Shown: in pieces, positions 22,773 to 34,296 of the stretch
How positions within the stretch are numbered: the stretch's first letter is position 1
How the letters are laid out: every line of letters starts with the position of its first letter
Notes under the pieces: generated by a model
What the model was told of the DNA's origin: nothing
What the model saw: the letters and a program-made list of their open reading frames with translations, nothing else
The model's database searches: none
Assembly (NCBI GenBank): GCA_963745835.1
Contig: CAVUZH010000016.1
Coordinates: 288,001 to 352,000, forward strand
Direction: 5' to 3'
DNA length: 64,000 nt
Origin: an uncultured delta proteobacterium
GTDB lineage: Bacteria; Desulfobacterota; Binatia; UBA9968
Made by a program: the position numbers and the translations under genes

Positions 22773-24460
22773 GCACGATTCTGCTACTTCTCTCGCCCAA
22801 GTGGTTGACATGGCAAAACGACTTTCATCGCCGCCGGGCTCGGTCGGGCCGCCGCTGGTCACTCCTGGCCCTGGGGATCTGTTTCTGGATCGGCACGTTC
22901 TATGTGATTCGTCGCGTGCTCATGTATTTTCAATCCGTGCATGAGCTCGGCCCTGCCCTGGCCTATCAACTGTTGTTGATCATTCTGCTGACTTTTCTAT
23001 CGATGCTTCTGTTCAGCAATCTGATAACAGCGCTCTCGGCATTTTTTCTCGCGCGCGATCTGGACTTGATCATCTCTACGCCGCTGTCGCACAATGATTT
23101 TTACTATTCGCGTTTGCTTATGACGACGGTTAATTCGTCGTGGATGGTGCTATTTTTCAGTTTGCCGATTTTCGGCGCCTACAACACGGTCTTCGGCGGC
23201 GGAGTCATCTTTTACCTATGGCTGATGTTGAGTCTGCCGCTGTTCTTGATCATCCCCGCGGCATTCGGAGTTTTGGCTACGCATCTATTCGTCTACTTTC
23301 TTCCCGCCAAGCGCATCCGCGATATACTTTTTTTTGTCGGCCTGTTTGCCTTCATTTTGATTTATTTTCTCTTCCGGTTTTCCCAGCCGGAAAGATTAGT
23401 GCGGCCGGAAAGCTTCGGGCACTTTGTCCAGTTCCTAACCGCGATGGAAACACCTTCTTCGCCCTATTTACCGAGCAGTTGGTCGGCTGAAATCTTGGCT
23501 GGAACTCTATTTAACCGCTCTACGGACCAGGCCTTTTTCTTTGCCTTGCTGGCGAGCTATGGGCTGTTTTTTCCGCTCGTCACGTCATGGGTCTCGGGCG
23601 CAGTGTATCTGGACGGCTGGTCAAAGGCACAAGAGTCGAATCAGGGACGGCGAAAACTAAAATGGCTCGACCTGCTCATCAGTATGCTCACTCGGCCATT
23701 TTCGGGAGTGATGCGCGCTATTTTGATCAAGGATATCAAAACTTTCATGCGTGATAGCAGTCAATGGTCTCAAGTATTCCTGCTGGTCGCCCTCATTGTC
23801 GTCTACCTCTACAATTTCAAAGTGTTGCCGCTCGATCGATCGCCCATGCCGGCTGGAACCTTGAGAACCGTGGTTGCCTTCGTCAATTTGGCCCTGGCCG
23901 GGTTCGTGCTCAGCGCGGTCGCCATGCGCTTTGCGTTCCCGGCAGTAAGTCTGGAAGGCAACGCGTTTTGGCTCTTACAAACCTCACCGATACCGCTCAA
24001 GACACTGCTCTGGAGTAAGTTTTGGCTAAACTTATTGCCACTTCTTTTTCTCGGTGAGTTACTAGTCTTTTTCAGCAATCTGATGTTAGGCGTACCGAAC
24101 TGGATGATGATCTTATCGCTGGTGACGATCTTTTTAATGACCTTCGGCATTACCGCGATTTGCGTTGGTGTCGGCGCAATCTATCCCAAATTTACCTACG
24201 ATCATGTGGCCGAAATTCCCACCAGCTTCGGCGGTGCGATCTGCATGATTTTCAGCATCGGCTTCATCGGCCTTATTGTTATGATCGAAGCCTGGCCGGT
24301 TTATCTGCTGACCAGCCGCTCACTCGGGGCTGGAGTATCCCACACCTCCATAGAATGGGTGATTGCCCCCTCTCTGGTGACTGCGATCGCCCTGACGGTC
24401 GCCGCCGTGGTGGTGTCGATCAGAAAAGCTCTGAAAAGCCTTGAGGCGATGAGAGCCTAA
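22769..24460 (+). CDS. ABC exporter permease (ABC-2-like, large)
   Basis: 563 aa multi-TM, KDIKTFMRD and SLEGNAFWLLQTSP motifs; 4-bp overlap with the ATPase gene. Confidence 0.88.
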   Translation: MSTILLLLSPKWLTWQNDFHRRRARSGRRWSLLALGICFWIGTFYVIRRVLMYFQSVHELGPALAYQLLLIILLTFLSMLLFSNLITALSAFFLARDLDLIISTPLSHNDFYYSRLLMTTVNSSWMVLFFSLPIFGAYNTVFGGGVIFYLWLMLSLPLFLIIPAAFGVLATHLFVYFLPAKRIRDILFFVGLFAFILIYFLFRFSQPERLVRPESFGHFVQFLTAMETPSSPYLPSSWSAEILAGTLFNRSTDQAFFFALLASYGLFFPLVTSWVSGAVYLDGWSKAQESNQGRRKLKWLDLLISMLTRPFSGVMRAILIKDIKTFMRDSSQWSQVFLLVALIVVYLYNFKVLPLDRSPMPAGTLRTVVAFVNLALAGFVLSAVAMRFAFPAVSLEGNAFWLLQTSPIPLKTLLWSKFWLNLLPLLFLGELLVFFSNLMLGVPNWMMILSLVTIFLMTFGITAICVGVGAIYPKFTYDHVAEIPTSFGGAICMIFSIGFIGLIVMIEAWPVYLLTSRSLGAGVSHTSIEWVIAPSLVTAIALTVAAVVVSIRKALKSLEAMRA

Positions 24461-24633
24461 AAGCCGGAAGGTACTGAAGTCGCATATCCGGAAGGAAAAT
24501 ATGGTCACAGCAGCATTGGTTCTAAATGACCGGAACCGGGCGCGGTGAACAAGCGGCTTGCGTCAATGCGCATTGCATAACCTGGATAGCTCGATAAAGT
24601 ATCGCGGGTAAAACATTCTCCCGAGGTTACCTA

Positions 24634-25317
24634 ATGGAACTGATTCACACGCTTTACGAGCCTGCGGGAAAAGGCCCGCATCCAACCATTCTGACGTTGC
24701 ACGGCAGAGGCGCCAGCGCATTCGATCTGCTCAGTCTCGCCCCATACCTCTGCGGCGGTCGATTCCTTATCATCTGCCCTCAGGGCCCGTTGGAAACACC
24801 CATCGGACCGGAAGCCACTGGTTACGCTTGGTATCCCATGAGCATGGGCGGACCGCCGGATATCGGGGCGATGTTAGTGTCGCGACAACGGCTGCAGCAG
24901 TTTCTCGACGACTGTCTCGCGCATTATCCGATCGATGCAAAGAAGTTGGCAATCCTCGGCTTTAGCCAAGGTGGCGTGATGGCCTACAGTTTGGCTCTGG
25001 CGAATCCGGATCGCTTTGCCGCGCTCGTGGCGCTAAGTAGCTGGCTGCCGCCGGAGCTCGTGCCGCACTTGTCGCTCGGCAATTCAGCGCAGGCTTTGCC
25101 GACTTTGGTTCAACACGGCACTCAGGATTCAATGATCGAAGTCGACCGCGCAAGACAGTCCGTGGAAACACTGCGTCAAGCGCGGATCCCGCTAACTTAT
25201 CGGGAATATGAGATGGGCCATGAAATCAGGCCGAGAAGCCTTTCGGACCTCTCGGCCTGGTTAGATGAGAAGGTACTATCGCCGATTGTACTGGCGAATG
25301 AGACGAGCGGAACTTAA
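24634..25317 (+). CDS. Phospholipase/carboxylesterase (alpha/beta hydrolase)
   Basis: LHGRG, GFSQGG nucleophile elbow, HGTQD, MGH. Confidence 0.92.
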   Translation: MELIHTLYEPAGKGPHPTILTLHGRGASAFDLLSLAPYLCGGRFLIICPQGPLETPIGPEATGYAWYPMSMGGPPDIGAMLVSRQRLQQFLDDCLAHYPIDAKKLAILGFSQGGVMAYSLALANPDRFAALVALSSWLPPELVPHLSLGNSAQALPTLVQHGTQDSMIEVDRARQSVETLRQARIPLTYREYEMGHEIRPRSLSDLSAWLDEKVLSPIVLANETSGT

Positions 25318-26192
25318 CGCTGCATGTAGCTGTGGTCCCGGGCCATCGCCTCGAGACGGGCGATTCGATCTTCCATCGGCGGGTGCGTGCTAAACAGCGC
25401 GGCGAATCCTCCGCCGGTCAGCGGATTGACGATAAACATATGCGCTGTGGCGCTGGCCGTAGCCTGGCTGGTCTCGAGAGGAATGTGCTGTGAGCCGAGG
25501 TGAAGCTTGCGCAAAGCGCTGGCTAATGCGAGCGGATCTCCAGTGGTTTTGGCACCGCCAACATCGGCACCGTATTCCCGAGATCTCGACACCGCCATTT
25601 GAATCAGCATCGCCGCCAATGGTGCGACAATCATCATCACCAGCAGGCTGATCATATTACCGCCGCCCTCGCGATCGTCCCTATGGCCGCCGCCAAAGAT
25701 AGCGGTCCATTGCGCCATTTGCGCCAGGTAGCTGATGGCGCCGGCCAGGGTGGCGGCGATAGTGCTGACGAGAATGTCGCGATTAGCCACGTGCGCCAGC
25801 TCATGGCCTAAAACGCCGGCGAGCTCGCGCTTGTCGAGAATTCGGCGGATCCCGGCCGTGACCGCCACTGCGGCATGCTGCGGATTGCGGCCCGTGGCAA
25901 ACGCGTTCGGGGTTTCCTGCGGTAGCATGTAGACCTTGGGCATCGGCAGTCCGGCGCGCTGAGTGAGATCCTGCACCAATCCGTAAAGCTCCGGATCATC
26001 CTGCGGCGTGATTTCTTGCCCTTGATACATTTTGATGACGATTTTGTCGCTGAACCAATAACTGAAAAAGTTCATTGCGGCAGCGATAACAAAGGCAATT
26101 ACTGCTCCCTGGTGCCCGCCGAGAATGCTACCCACCCAAACGAGCAGCGCTGTCAACAATGCCAGCAGAACAGTTGTACGAAGCATGTTCAT
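25314..26192 (-). CDS. htpX: Zinc metalloprotease HtpX (peptidase M48)
   Basis: [26 protein letters not shown]. Confidence 0.95.
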   Translation of the reverse strand: MNMLRTTVLLALLTALLVWVGSILGGHQGAVIAFVIAAAMNFFSYWFSDKIVIKMYQGQEITPQDDPELYGLVQDLTQRAGLPMPKVYMLPQETPNAFATGRNPQHAAVAVTAGIRRILDKRELAGVLGHELAHVANRDILVSTIAATLAGAISYLAQMAQWTAIFGGGHRDDREGGGNMISLLVMMIVAPLAAMLIQMAVSRSREYGADVGGAKTTGDPLALASALRKLHLGSQHIPLETSQATASATAHMFIVNPLTGGGFAALFSTHPPMEDRIARLEAMARDHSYMQR

Positions 26193-26362
26193 AAATTCCC
26201 CTTTTCCGCATACGATTGGTTATGCCGACGTACGATTTGGTTAAGTGATGTCAAGTATACACCACGCAGGGTAATTTGCGTACGAGCTAGACAAAAAGCA
26301 AGCCCCGAGCTAGACAAAAGCTAACGGATCAATGGTTTATCGGTCCGGGAACGGAGAAAACT

Positions 26363-27235
26363 ATGCGAATAGGGGTGGTATTTCCCCAGACGGAAATCGG
26401 CACGGATGCAGCCGTAATCGGGGAGTACAGCCAGGCTGCTGAACAGCTCAGTTACCATCATATTTTGGCGTATGACCATGTGCTGGGCGCCAATCCCGCG
26501 AGCCGGCCCGATTGGCGGCCACCCTACACACATCAAAACACATTTCATGAGCCGTTCGTTCTTTTCGCCTATCTGGCAGGACTGACCAAGACAATCGAAT
26601 TGGTGACCGGAGTTCTCATCTTGCCGCAGCGACAAACCGCCTTGGTCGCAAAACAGGCAGCGGCTCTGGACATATTGAGCGGCGGCCGTTTGCGGCTGGG
26701 GATTGGGATCGGCTGGAACCCGGTCGAGTATGAAGCGCTGGGCGAAAATTTTAGTAATCGCGGGCAGCGCTCGGAAGAACAGATTGAACTGCTGCGTCTG
26801 CTCTGGACTCAGCAGCTCGTCAGCTTCGATGGTCGTTGGCACAAGATCAGCGATGCCGGGATCAATCCGTTGCCGGTTCAACGGCCGATTCCGATCTGGT
26901 TTGGCGGCGGTCACGACCGGGTGCTGCGGCGTTTAGCACGCCTTGGGGACGGCTGGTTTCCTCAACTGCCTCCCGACGAGAAATGCCGCGCCGCGATTGA
27001 GAAGATCACGACCTATGCCCGAGAGGCCGGACGAGACCCGAAAACGATTGGCATCGAGGGTCGAATAACGATAAGCGCTAAATCGGCCGAGACATGGCAG
27101 GAACAGATCAAAGCTTGGAAAGAAGTAGGGGCAACGCACCTCAGCGTCAACACCATGAACGCTGGGTTTAGCAACCCTGCCGCTCATATTGAAGCGATCC
27201 GGAGTTTTCGTGAGGCAACAAAACAGCTTTGGTGA
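26363..27235 (+). CDS. LLM class (putative F420-dependent) oxidoreductase
   Basis: MRIGVVFPQTEIG, YDHVLG, FHEPFVLF, LPQRQTALVAKQAA, GIGWNPVEY. Confidence 0.92.
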   Translation: MRIGVVFPQTEIGTDAAVIGEYSQAAEQLSYHHILAYDHVLGANPASRPDWRPPYTHQNTFHEPFVLFAYLAGLTKTIELVTGVLILPQRQTALVAKQAAALDILSGGRLRLGIGIGWNPVEYEALGENFSNRGQRSEEQIELLRLLWTQQLVSFDGRWHKISDAGINPLPVQRPIPIWFGGGHDRVLRRLARLGDGWFPQLPPDEKCRAAIEKITTYAREAGRDPKTIGIEGRITISAKSAETWQEQIKAWKEVGATHLSVNTMNAGFSNPAAHIEAIRSFREATKQLW

Positions 27236-27255
27236 GCGCTTTCTCGGCCTCTAGG

Positions 27256-28407
27256 TTATCCGGCCTGCTCGATCGCTCCAGCCCTATGCTTTGTTAACCA
27301 GGAACGTAGGGCCGCGAACGGCTCGCCGCCATTTTGCGTAGCTTGCTCTAAAGCAGCGATTGTCCGAACGAGATTACGACCTTCGAGTTCGTACAAAGAT
27401 TCAAATAGCTGCAGGTTGTTTAGATAAACGCCATAGTGCATTAGCACCGCATTATTGAGCGGCTGTTGGGAAAAGCCGCGGAAACGATGCGCCGGTTGAT
27501 CCGCAATGCGTCGGGCCCATTCGGACTTGCTGCGGGCGAATACTTCTTCACGTATGCGCAGCTTATCTTGCTTCGCTATATTGCGCCGATACAACCCTGA
27601 AAGATTGACGATAAGGTCTTCGATAAAACCAGCAAATTCAAGCTCTTCTTGCCACAGTTCAACCGCCCTTCGATGTTCCGCGCTGTCAGGGCCGAATCTT
27701 TGATTGAAAAAATCGATGGTTGCTCGATGGCCGATGAAATTAGCGGCGCTCTCGTTAAAGGCGCCTGCTCCCTTTATATACAAAGTATTATGAAAGAGTT
27801 CGTGAAAAACCACCTCGCTAAGGGCGATCTTGTCGAATCTGAGAAGGTGTGAGAGCAGCGGATCGTCAAACCAGCCAAGCGTGCTGAACGCCGCCGAAGT
27901 TCGGATCGTCGTGTCGTAGCCTTGCCTGTGAAGACGTTCGGCTTCCGACTGCGCCTCGCTCTTACTAAAAAAACCTTTGTACGGCACGTGACCGACGACT
28001 AAAAACCACCAGGTATAAGGCCGCAGTTCGGTTTGGGGAGCGGCGATGACCAGGTACGTCAGATCCGGCCGGTCTACATAAGAGTAACTTGCGTAACTCC
28101 CGGCCACGTTAAGATTGAGAACTTTCTGGGCGTAATCGCGCACTGCCAAAACTGTAGTGAGCTTTTCTTTGGTGTCATTATGCAGATCCGGAGTGGCCAA
28201 GAAATCCGCGATTGGCTGGCGGCGCCAGAGTATTCGTCCTTCCTCGTATGCGGCGCGCAGAAAATAGATCGGCGAACAACCCGAGAGCATCGAGCTCAGC
28301 ATCAATCCCGCAATAATGGACCAAGAAAATGCCCGGCTGATAATGTGGGTGGGGCAAACGAGTTTCCGCAATCCACGTAAAACTCCCCAACGCCCGCAAC
28401 TACCCAT
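27256..28407 (-). CDS. Putative zinc aminopeptidase (DUF2265-like lipoprotein)
   Basis: LSGC lipobox, VPYKGFF, AFSTLGWFDDP, FHELFH, FNES; true start probably downstream of 28407. Confidence 0.88.
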   Translation of the reverse strand: MGSCGRWGVLRGLRKLVCPTHIISRAFSWSIIAGLMLSSMLSGCSPIYFLRAAYEEGRILWRRQPIADFLATPDLHNDTKEKLTTVLAVRDYAQKVLNLNVAGSYASYSYVDRPDLTYLVIAAPQTELRPYTWWFLVVGHVPYKGFFSKSEAQSEAERLHRQGYDTTIRTSAAFSTLGWFDDPLLSHLLRFDKIALSEVVFHELFHNTLYIKGAGAFNESAANFIGHRATIDFFNQRFGPDSAEHRRAVELWQEELEFAGFIEDLIVNLSGLYRRNIAKQDKLRIREEVFARSKSEWARRIADQPAHRFRGFSQQPLNNAVLMHYGVYLNNLQLFESLYELEGRNLVRTIAALEQATQNGGEPFAALRSWLTKHRAGAIEQAG

Positions 28408-30217
28408 AGATCTTGGGCTCCGCTTCTTGAACCGGCAGTCTCAATTCCTCGCGCTCGTACTGCAGCTGATACAGCCGATGGTAAATCCCTTGCTTCTCCA
28501 TCAGTTGTGAATGAGAGCCGAATTCGCGCACCTCACCGCGATGAAGCACGATGATACGGTCGGCATTGCGAATAGTCGAGAGCCGGTGCGCGATCAATAA
28601 ACAGGTGCGATCGCGCATAACTCGCTCCAGTGCATCCTGAATCAACGCTTCGGTCTCGGTGTCGACACTGGAGGTGGCCTCGTCCATCACCAGGATTTCC
28701 GGCTCGAATACCAGCACTCGCGCAAGTGCGAGAAGTTGCCGCTGTCCACCGGAAAAATTGCTGCCGCGCTCCCGTACGTCGGCGCCAAAACTTCCGGCAA
28801 GCCGCCGTATAAAGGTATCGGCATTGGCCAAACGAGCGGCATTTTCAATGCGCTCGAGCGACACCGAACGGTCACCGAGCGCGAGATTGGTGCGGATATC
28901 CCCGGAGAAAAGAAAAACGTCCTGCAAAACAACCCCGATATGCCGTCGCAGCGCCTGCAGATCCCAGTCGCGGACATCCACGCCGCTAACTTGGATCGAT
29001 CCTTTCTGTACGTCGTAAAAACGATTGAGTAACTTGATGGTGGTCGTTTTCCCCGAGCCTGTCGCTCCGACGACCGCGATTTTTTCTCCGGGTTCGATGC
29101 GGAAAGACACTCCTTTGAGGACCGGGTCGTCGGCTTTATAGTTAAACCAGACGTCGTCAAAGACCACTTCACCGCGGAACGGCTTCGGTATAACGGGTTT
29201 TTTCGGGCTCTCAATCGTAACCGGCGTATCCAGAAGCTGAAAAATTCTTTCTGCCGACGACATGGCAGACTGCATTACGGCGTATTTCTGGCTGAAGTCG
29301 CGCAACGGAACAAAGAATCGATGGATGTATTCCTTGAATGCCACGACCGTGCCGATACCGATGATGCCGTGCAAAACTTCGCCGCCTCCATACCAGAGCA
29401 GCAGCGCCACGCTCACCGAGCCGGCGGCTTCAACCATCGAATAAAGCGCCGCTTCATAGAAGTTTGAAAGATGATAAGCGTCGCGATGAGCCGCATTGAG
29501 CTCGTCGAACTCCCGATAGGTCTTCTCCTCGCGGGCAAACAGTTGAATGATCGCCATTCCCGAGATCGCTTCGCCGAGGTAGGCGTTGATGCGCGCGATC
29601 CGCTCGCGAATCAAACGGTATGTCTGGCGCGCCTTAATGCGAAAAAAGTTGATGGCAAAAGCCATTGGCGGGATCAGCGCCAGTGAAACCAATGCCAGTT
29701 CCGCATGCAGATAGAACATGATGCCGACGATCCATACAACCATGACGAAATCGGAGATCAGGGTCATCACCCCGGAAGAAAACATCTCCTGTAGAACGTC
29801 GACATCGGTGGTCATACGAGTGACCAATCGGCCCACCGGGTTCCGATCGAAATAAGCCATAGGCAACTTCTGCACGTGTGAGAATAGCTCTACCCGGAGA
29901 TCGGCAAGACAGCGCTGCGCCACCGCCATGGTGAGATAGTAGTGAAAAAAAATCATAATGGTCTCGCCAACAATGGCTGCCAAGAAAAGCAGGGCGACGG
30001 CTTGCAGTCCCGATAGATCGCCTTGGGCAATATATCGATCGATACCGATTTTCATCAGGTACGGTTGCGCCAGGCCGAAGGCTTGCTGCAGCGGCAACAG
30101 TAACATGGCAAAAAAGAACAAGCGCTTGTACGGCCTTATGTATCTCCACAGCCGTCGGATCAACCGCAGATCATAGGCTTTGCCGAGGATTTCTTCTTGA
30201 TACGACGGATCGGCCAC
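28400..30217 (-). CDS. Heterodimeric ABC exporter subunit (TMD+NBD)
   Basis: GATGSGKTT, FSGGQRQ, MDEATS, IAHRLST. Confidence 0.93.
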   Translation of the reverse strand: MADPSYQEEILGKAYDLRLIRRLWRYIRPYKRLFFFAMLLLPLQQAFGLAQPYLMKIGIDRYIAQGDLSGLQAVALLFLAAIVGETIMIFFHYYLTMAVAQRCLADLRVELFSHVQKLPMAYFDRNPVGRLVTRMTTDVDVLQEMFSSGVMTLISDFVMVVWIVGIMFYLHAELALVSLALIPPMAFAINFFRIKARQTYRLIRERIARINAYLGEAISGMAIIQLFAREEKTYREFDELNAAHRDAYHLSNFYEAALYSMVEAAGSVSVALLLWYGGGEVLHGIIGIGTVVAFKEYIHRFFVPLRDFSQKYAVMQSAMSSAERIFQLLDTPVTIESPKKPVIPKPFRGEVVFDDVWFNYKADDPVLKGVSFRIEPGEKIAVVGATGSGKTTTIKLLNRFYDVQKGSIQVSGVDVRDWDLQALRRHIGVVLQDVFLFSGDIRTNLALGDRSVSLERIENAARLANADTFIRRLAGSFGADVRERGSNFSGGQRQLLALARVLVFEPEILVMDEATSSVDTETEALIQDALERVMRDRTCLLIAHRLSTIRNADRIIVLHRGEVREFGSHSQLMEKQGIYHRLYQLQYEREELRLPVQEAEPKIYG

Positions 30218-31957
30218 TTAGATCTGTTCCAACTCCTCGGTCAAGCGTTGCTGCTGGTGCAGTTCGGCATAAAGTCCGCCGCGCTCCACCAGTTGATGGT
30301 GGGTGCCGCGCTCGAGAATTCGACCGTCCTCGAAAACAAGGATTTCGTCGGCATCCTTAACCGCGGAAATCCGGTGGGAAATGATCAGACAGGTTTTCTC
30401 TTCCAGAATCGATCGTAACCCCTGCAAAATTTCCGCTTCGGTCTGCGCATCAACGCTCGACAAACAGTCATCGAGAATAAGCACCGGAGGATCGATCGCC
30501 AGCGCGCGCGCCAAAGTCGCCCGCTGCTTCTGACCACCGGAAAGGGTGACGCCGCGTTCCCCGACCACGGTATCGAGCCCCCGAGGAAAATTTTCCACGT
30601 CGCGGTCGAGCCGGGCGATGCGCACAGCGCGTTGCAAATCCTGATCGGAAACATCGTCTCGACCGAAGGCAAGATTGCGCCTGAGAGACGTGGAAAAGAG
30701 AAACGGCTCTTGAGGGACATAGCCCAATGCTTTGCGTAGATCGCGCAGCGACAACTTACGGACATCTTGACCGTCTATAAGAACCTCGCCCGATGACGCA
30801 TCGAACAGCCGCGGCACGAGCTGCGCCAGGGTGCTCTTTCCGGAACCGATCCGGCCCACCAGAGCGATGGTTTTTCCCTTAGGCAACGAGAAGCCGATGT
30901 TGTTCAGAATCGGGTGGCCATTAGCCTGCTGCTCGTAGGCAAAGGAAACCTCCCGGAACTCGATTCCATTCGTTAGTCCCGCAACCGGCAATGCGCCAGG
31001 CAAACTGGCAATGGCCGGTTGGGTGTTGAGAATTTCCTCGAGCCGCTTCATCGCGGCACGACCGCGCTCGACCAGCGAGAGCATCCATCCGAAGGCGGCA
31101 GTGGGCCATGCCAAAACGTTTAGATAAGCGATGAAGGCGACAATATCGGCCACCAGTAAATCGCCGCGCGCGACACGCACGCCGCCGTACCAGATCACGA
31201 TCACGACCGTCAACCCGTTGATGCCCTGCATGATTGGGGTAATAATGCCACGCATTCGCGCCATCTCTAAACTTTTGCTGCGAAACTCTTCGTTGAGCGC
31301 GACAAATTGCTGCGTCTGATATTTTTCCTGCGCATAGGCTTTGACCACATGCATTCCACTAAGATTCTCCTGCACATGGCTGCTGAGCGCGGACATCTGC
31401 TGCTGAACCTCGAGTGAAGATTTCATGATCCGGCCGCGAAATTTGGCCGCGGCGTAGATCAGCAGAGGGAACGGCGCCAACGCCGCCAACGTCATGCGCA
31501 CATCCATCGAGAGCATCAAGACAAGAGCATAAACATAATAGAGCGGCGCGTTGGCGAAATTGAGCACTCCCGGACCGAGCATCACGCGCACGGCGGAGAT
31601 ATCGTTGATCACTCGGGACATTAAATCGCCGGTGCGGCGCGCGTGATAGAACGACGAAGGCAATTTCTGCAGATGTGCGAATAGATCGTTGCGCAAGTCA
31701 TACTCGACATTGCGCCCGGCATTGAAGATCAATGCTCGGGAGCAAGTTCGTATGATCCCCTGCGCCAGCGCGGCGAAAGCGATTACAGCAGCATAGAATG
31801 TGACGTCGCTAAGCGCGCCGCCTTGCTCGAGAATGCGCACGGCCTCGCGGATCCACCAGGGGATCCACATCACCAAGGTTACCGTGCCCAACAAGCATAA
31901 CCCGCCCAAGAAATAACGGCGCCAGTAGCGCCAAAGGTAGGTCTTAAGCCGCCCCAT
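30218..31957 (-). CDS. Heterodimeric ABC exporter subunit with degenerate NBD
   Basis: GRIGSGKST, LSGGQKQR, ILDDCLS (D replaces the catalytic E). Confidence 0.93.
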   Translation of the reverse strand: MGRLKTYLWRYWRRYFLGGLCLLGTVTLVMWIPWWIREAVRILEQGGALSDVTFYAAVIAFAALAQGIIRTCSRALIFNAGRNVEYDLRNDLFAHLQKLPSSFYHARRTGDLMSRVINDISAVRVMLGPGVLNFANAPLYYVYALVLMLSMDVRMTLAALAPFPLLIYAAAKFRGRIMKSSLEVQQQMSALSSHVQENLSGMHVVKAYAQEKYQTQQFVALNEEFRSKSLEMARMRGIITPIMQGINGLTVVIVIWYGGVRVARGDLLVADIVAFIAYLNVLAWPTAAFGWMLSLVERGRAAMKRLEEILNTQPAIASLPGALPVAGLTNGIEFREVSFAYEQQANGHPILNNIGFSLPKGKTIALVGRIGSGKSTLAQLVPRLFDASSGEVLIDGQDVRKLSLRDLRKALGYVPQEPFLFSTSLRRNLAFGRDDVSDQDLQRAVRIARLDRDVENFPRGLDTVVGERGVTLSGGQKQRATLARALAIDPPVLILDDCLSSVDAQTEAEILQGLRSILEEKTCLIISHRISAVKDADEILVFEDGRILERGTHHQLVERGGLYAELHQQQRLTEELEQI

Positions 31958-32050
31958 TTAAATGATCAAAATAGTCCAGGGGATGAGCGTTATCAAGAAA
32001 TATGGAAATCACCACCGAGTTGCGGCCAAATTCGACGGCAAGATTATCGC

Positions 32051-32078
32051 TTGACAATACCTAGTTGCTCCCTAATAA
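32051..32078 (+). promoter_or_regulatory. Candidate sigma70 promoter of typA
   Basis: TTGACA-16bp-TAATAA ending 6 nt before the ATG; no SD sequence. Confidence 0.4.
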
Positions 32079-32084
32079 AGACGT

Positions 32085-33920
32085 ATGACGCAAACCCAGA
32101 ATCGTCGCGATGACCTTCGCAACATAGCTATCATCGCTCACGTCGATCACGGCAAAACAACTCTCGTAGACGCGATGTTGCATCAAAGCGGCATCTTCCG
32201 GGCCAACGAACACGTGGCCGAGCGAGTGATGGACTCCATGGACCTGGAGCGCGAACGCGGCATCACGATCATGGCCAAGAACACGACAATCCATTACGGC
32301 AATACTAAAATCAATATCGTCGATACCCCGGGCCACGCGGACTTCGGCGGCGAAGTCGAGCGCACCTTGGCAATGGTCGACGGAGTGATGCTGTTGGTCG
32401 ATGCCTCCGAAGGGCCGCTGCCACAAACCCGTTTCGTGTTGAAGAAGGCGCTCGAATCCAAGTTGCCCCCGATTATCTGTATCAATAAGATCGATCGTCC
32501 GGATGCGCGTGTTGCCGAGGTGCTCGATGAAATTGTCGATTTGTTTATCGACTTGGATGCAACCGAAGATCAACTCGACTTTCCGGTGGTCTATACCAAT
32601 GCGCGGGCGGGCACAGCCACGCGCGATCTGAAGCGGCCCGGCGAAACTCTGAAACCTTTGTTTGAGTTGATTGTGCAAGTCTTACCGGGACCCAGCGTCG
32701 ATCCCGCAGCCGTCACACAGTTTCAAGCCAACAACTTAGATTATAGCGACTATGTCGGACGCCTGGCGGTAGGCAGGGTCAAAAACGGCACGTTGACTCC
32801 GGGTCAGTATACGCTTTGCCGGGTAGACGGCAAGCAAGAAATCGTCAAGGTGACTCAGGTTTATGGCTGGCAAGGATTGAAGCGGGTCGAGATTCCAAAA
32901 ACGGAAGGCGGCGATATCGCTGCCGTCGCCGGCATTGAGGACATCGGTATCGGTGACACGATCACCGATCGCGAAAACCCCCATCCGCTACCGCCGCTGC
33001 GCATCGACGAACCGACGATCGCCATGGTTTTCAGCGCCAACAATTCGCCCTGGTCCGGCCGGGAGGGCGAATTCGTGACGTCGCGCAAGTTGCGCGAACG
33101 ACTTTTCTTCGAGCAACGCCGCAATGTCAGCCTTCGGGTCGAAGAAACGGACGTACCCGACGCATTCAGAGTCACTGGTCGCGGTGAATTTGCCCTGGCC
33201 ATTGTCATTGAAACAATGCGTCGTGAAGGATATGAGCTCCAGGTCTCAAAACCTACGGTTGTCACTCGAGAAATCGATGGCGTCACCCAAGAACCGATGG
33301 AGCTGCTGGTCATCGACGTACCAGAGGACTTTATCGGCGTGGTATCGCAGCTGCTTGCTGTTCGGAAAGGCAAGATGACCAAAATGATTCACGCCGGATC
33401 GAGCCGCGTGCGTTTGGAATTCGCCGTTCCGTCGCGCGGTCTGATTGGATTTCGCTCCCGTTTTTTAACCGACACTCGCGGCACCGGCATCATGAACGCG
33501 CTCTTCAATGGTTGGACGCCGTGGCACGGCCACATTCAATCGCGGACCAATGGCGCCATGGTCGCGGACCGCGAAGGCCCAACGACCCCATACGCCGTTT
33601 TTCACCTGCAGGAACGAGGCGTGCTTTTTATCGCGCCCGGCACAAAGGTGTATGAAGGTATGGTTGTCGGCGAGTATTCACGGGAGAACGATCTCAACGT
33701 GAATATCTGCCGCGAAAAGAAACTCACGAATATCCGAGCCGCCGGCAAGGATGAAAACATCTTGATTTCACCGCACCGCGAAATGGGTTTAGAAGAAGGA
33801 ATCGAATGGATCGCGGATGATGAACTCGTCGAAGTGACCCCGGAATCGATCCGCCTGCGCAAGAAAATCCTCAGGCAGACCGATCGACCCAGGCGCCGAC
33901 AGGAAAAAGACGACGAATGA
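32085..33920 (+). CDS. typA: Translational GTPase TypA/BipA
   Basis: [50 protein letters not shown]. Confidence 0.98.
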   Translation: MTQTQNRRDDLRNIAIIAHVDHGKTTLVDAMLHQSGIFRANEHVAERVMDSMDLERERGITIMAKNTTIHYGNTKINIVDTPGHADFGGEVERTLAMVDGVMLLVDASEGPLPQTRFVLKKALESKLPPIICINKIDRPDARVAEVLDEIVDLFIDLDATEDQLDFPVVYTNARAGTATRDLKRPGETLKPLFELIVQVLPGPSVDPAAVTQFQANNLDYSDYVGRLAVGRVKNGTLTPGQYTLCRVDGKQEIVKVTQVYGWQGLKRVEIPKTEGGDIAAVAGIEDIGIGDTITDRENPHPLPPLRIDEPTIAMVFSANNSPWSGREGEFVTSRKLRERLFFEQRRNVSLRVEETDVPDAFRVTGRGEFALAIVIETMRREGYELQVSKPTVVTREIDGVTQEPMELLVIDVPEDFIGVVSQLLAVRKGKMTKMIHAGSSRVRLEFAVPSRGLIGFRSRFLTDTRGTGIMNALFNGWTPWHGHIQSRTNGAMVADREGPTTPYAVFHLQERGVLFIAPGTKVYEGMVVGEYSRENDLNVNICREKKLTNIRAAGKDENILISPHREMGLEEGIEWIADDELVEVTPESIRLRKKILRQTDRPRRRQEKDDE

Positions 33921-33933
33921 TGCCGATGTAAAG

Positions 33934-34296
33934 TTACTCGGAGTGTAATGCGACACGGTTCCCTTCGCTGTCCAAAATAACACATCGGAATCCGAACGGT
34001 CCGATGGCGTGTTTCGGTTGAAGGATTTTGCCGCCGTTAGCAGTCACCGCTGCAATCGCCTCGTCCAATCGTCCGGTGGCATCGAGATAGATCATCACAC
34101 CCTGCGCTGACGGCTTCTCTTCCGGACTTTGAAGTAAGCACCCACCGACCTCCCCGTCATTATGCGGCAGGACAGCAATGGTCATTCCCGGGAGATTCTG
34201 CTTTTTAACTTCCGTGCCTAGTACCGCCGAGTAGAACCTCACCGCCCGGTCCAGTTCGGAAACGGGAATGTCACACCAAACTATTTGATTGGCCAT
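33934..34296 (-). CDS. VOC / glyoxalase family protein
   Basis: WCDIPV...RAVRFYSAVLG, GGKIL, DSEGNRVALH; ATG 34296 after GGAGG. Confidence 0.9.
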   Translation of the reverse strand: MANQIVWCDIPVSELDRAVRFYSAVLGTEVKKQNLPGMTIAVLPHNDGEVGGCLLQSPEEKPSAQGVMIYLDATGRLDEAIAAVTANGGKILQPKHAIGPFGFRCVILDSEGNRVALHSE

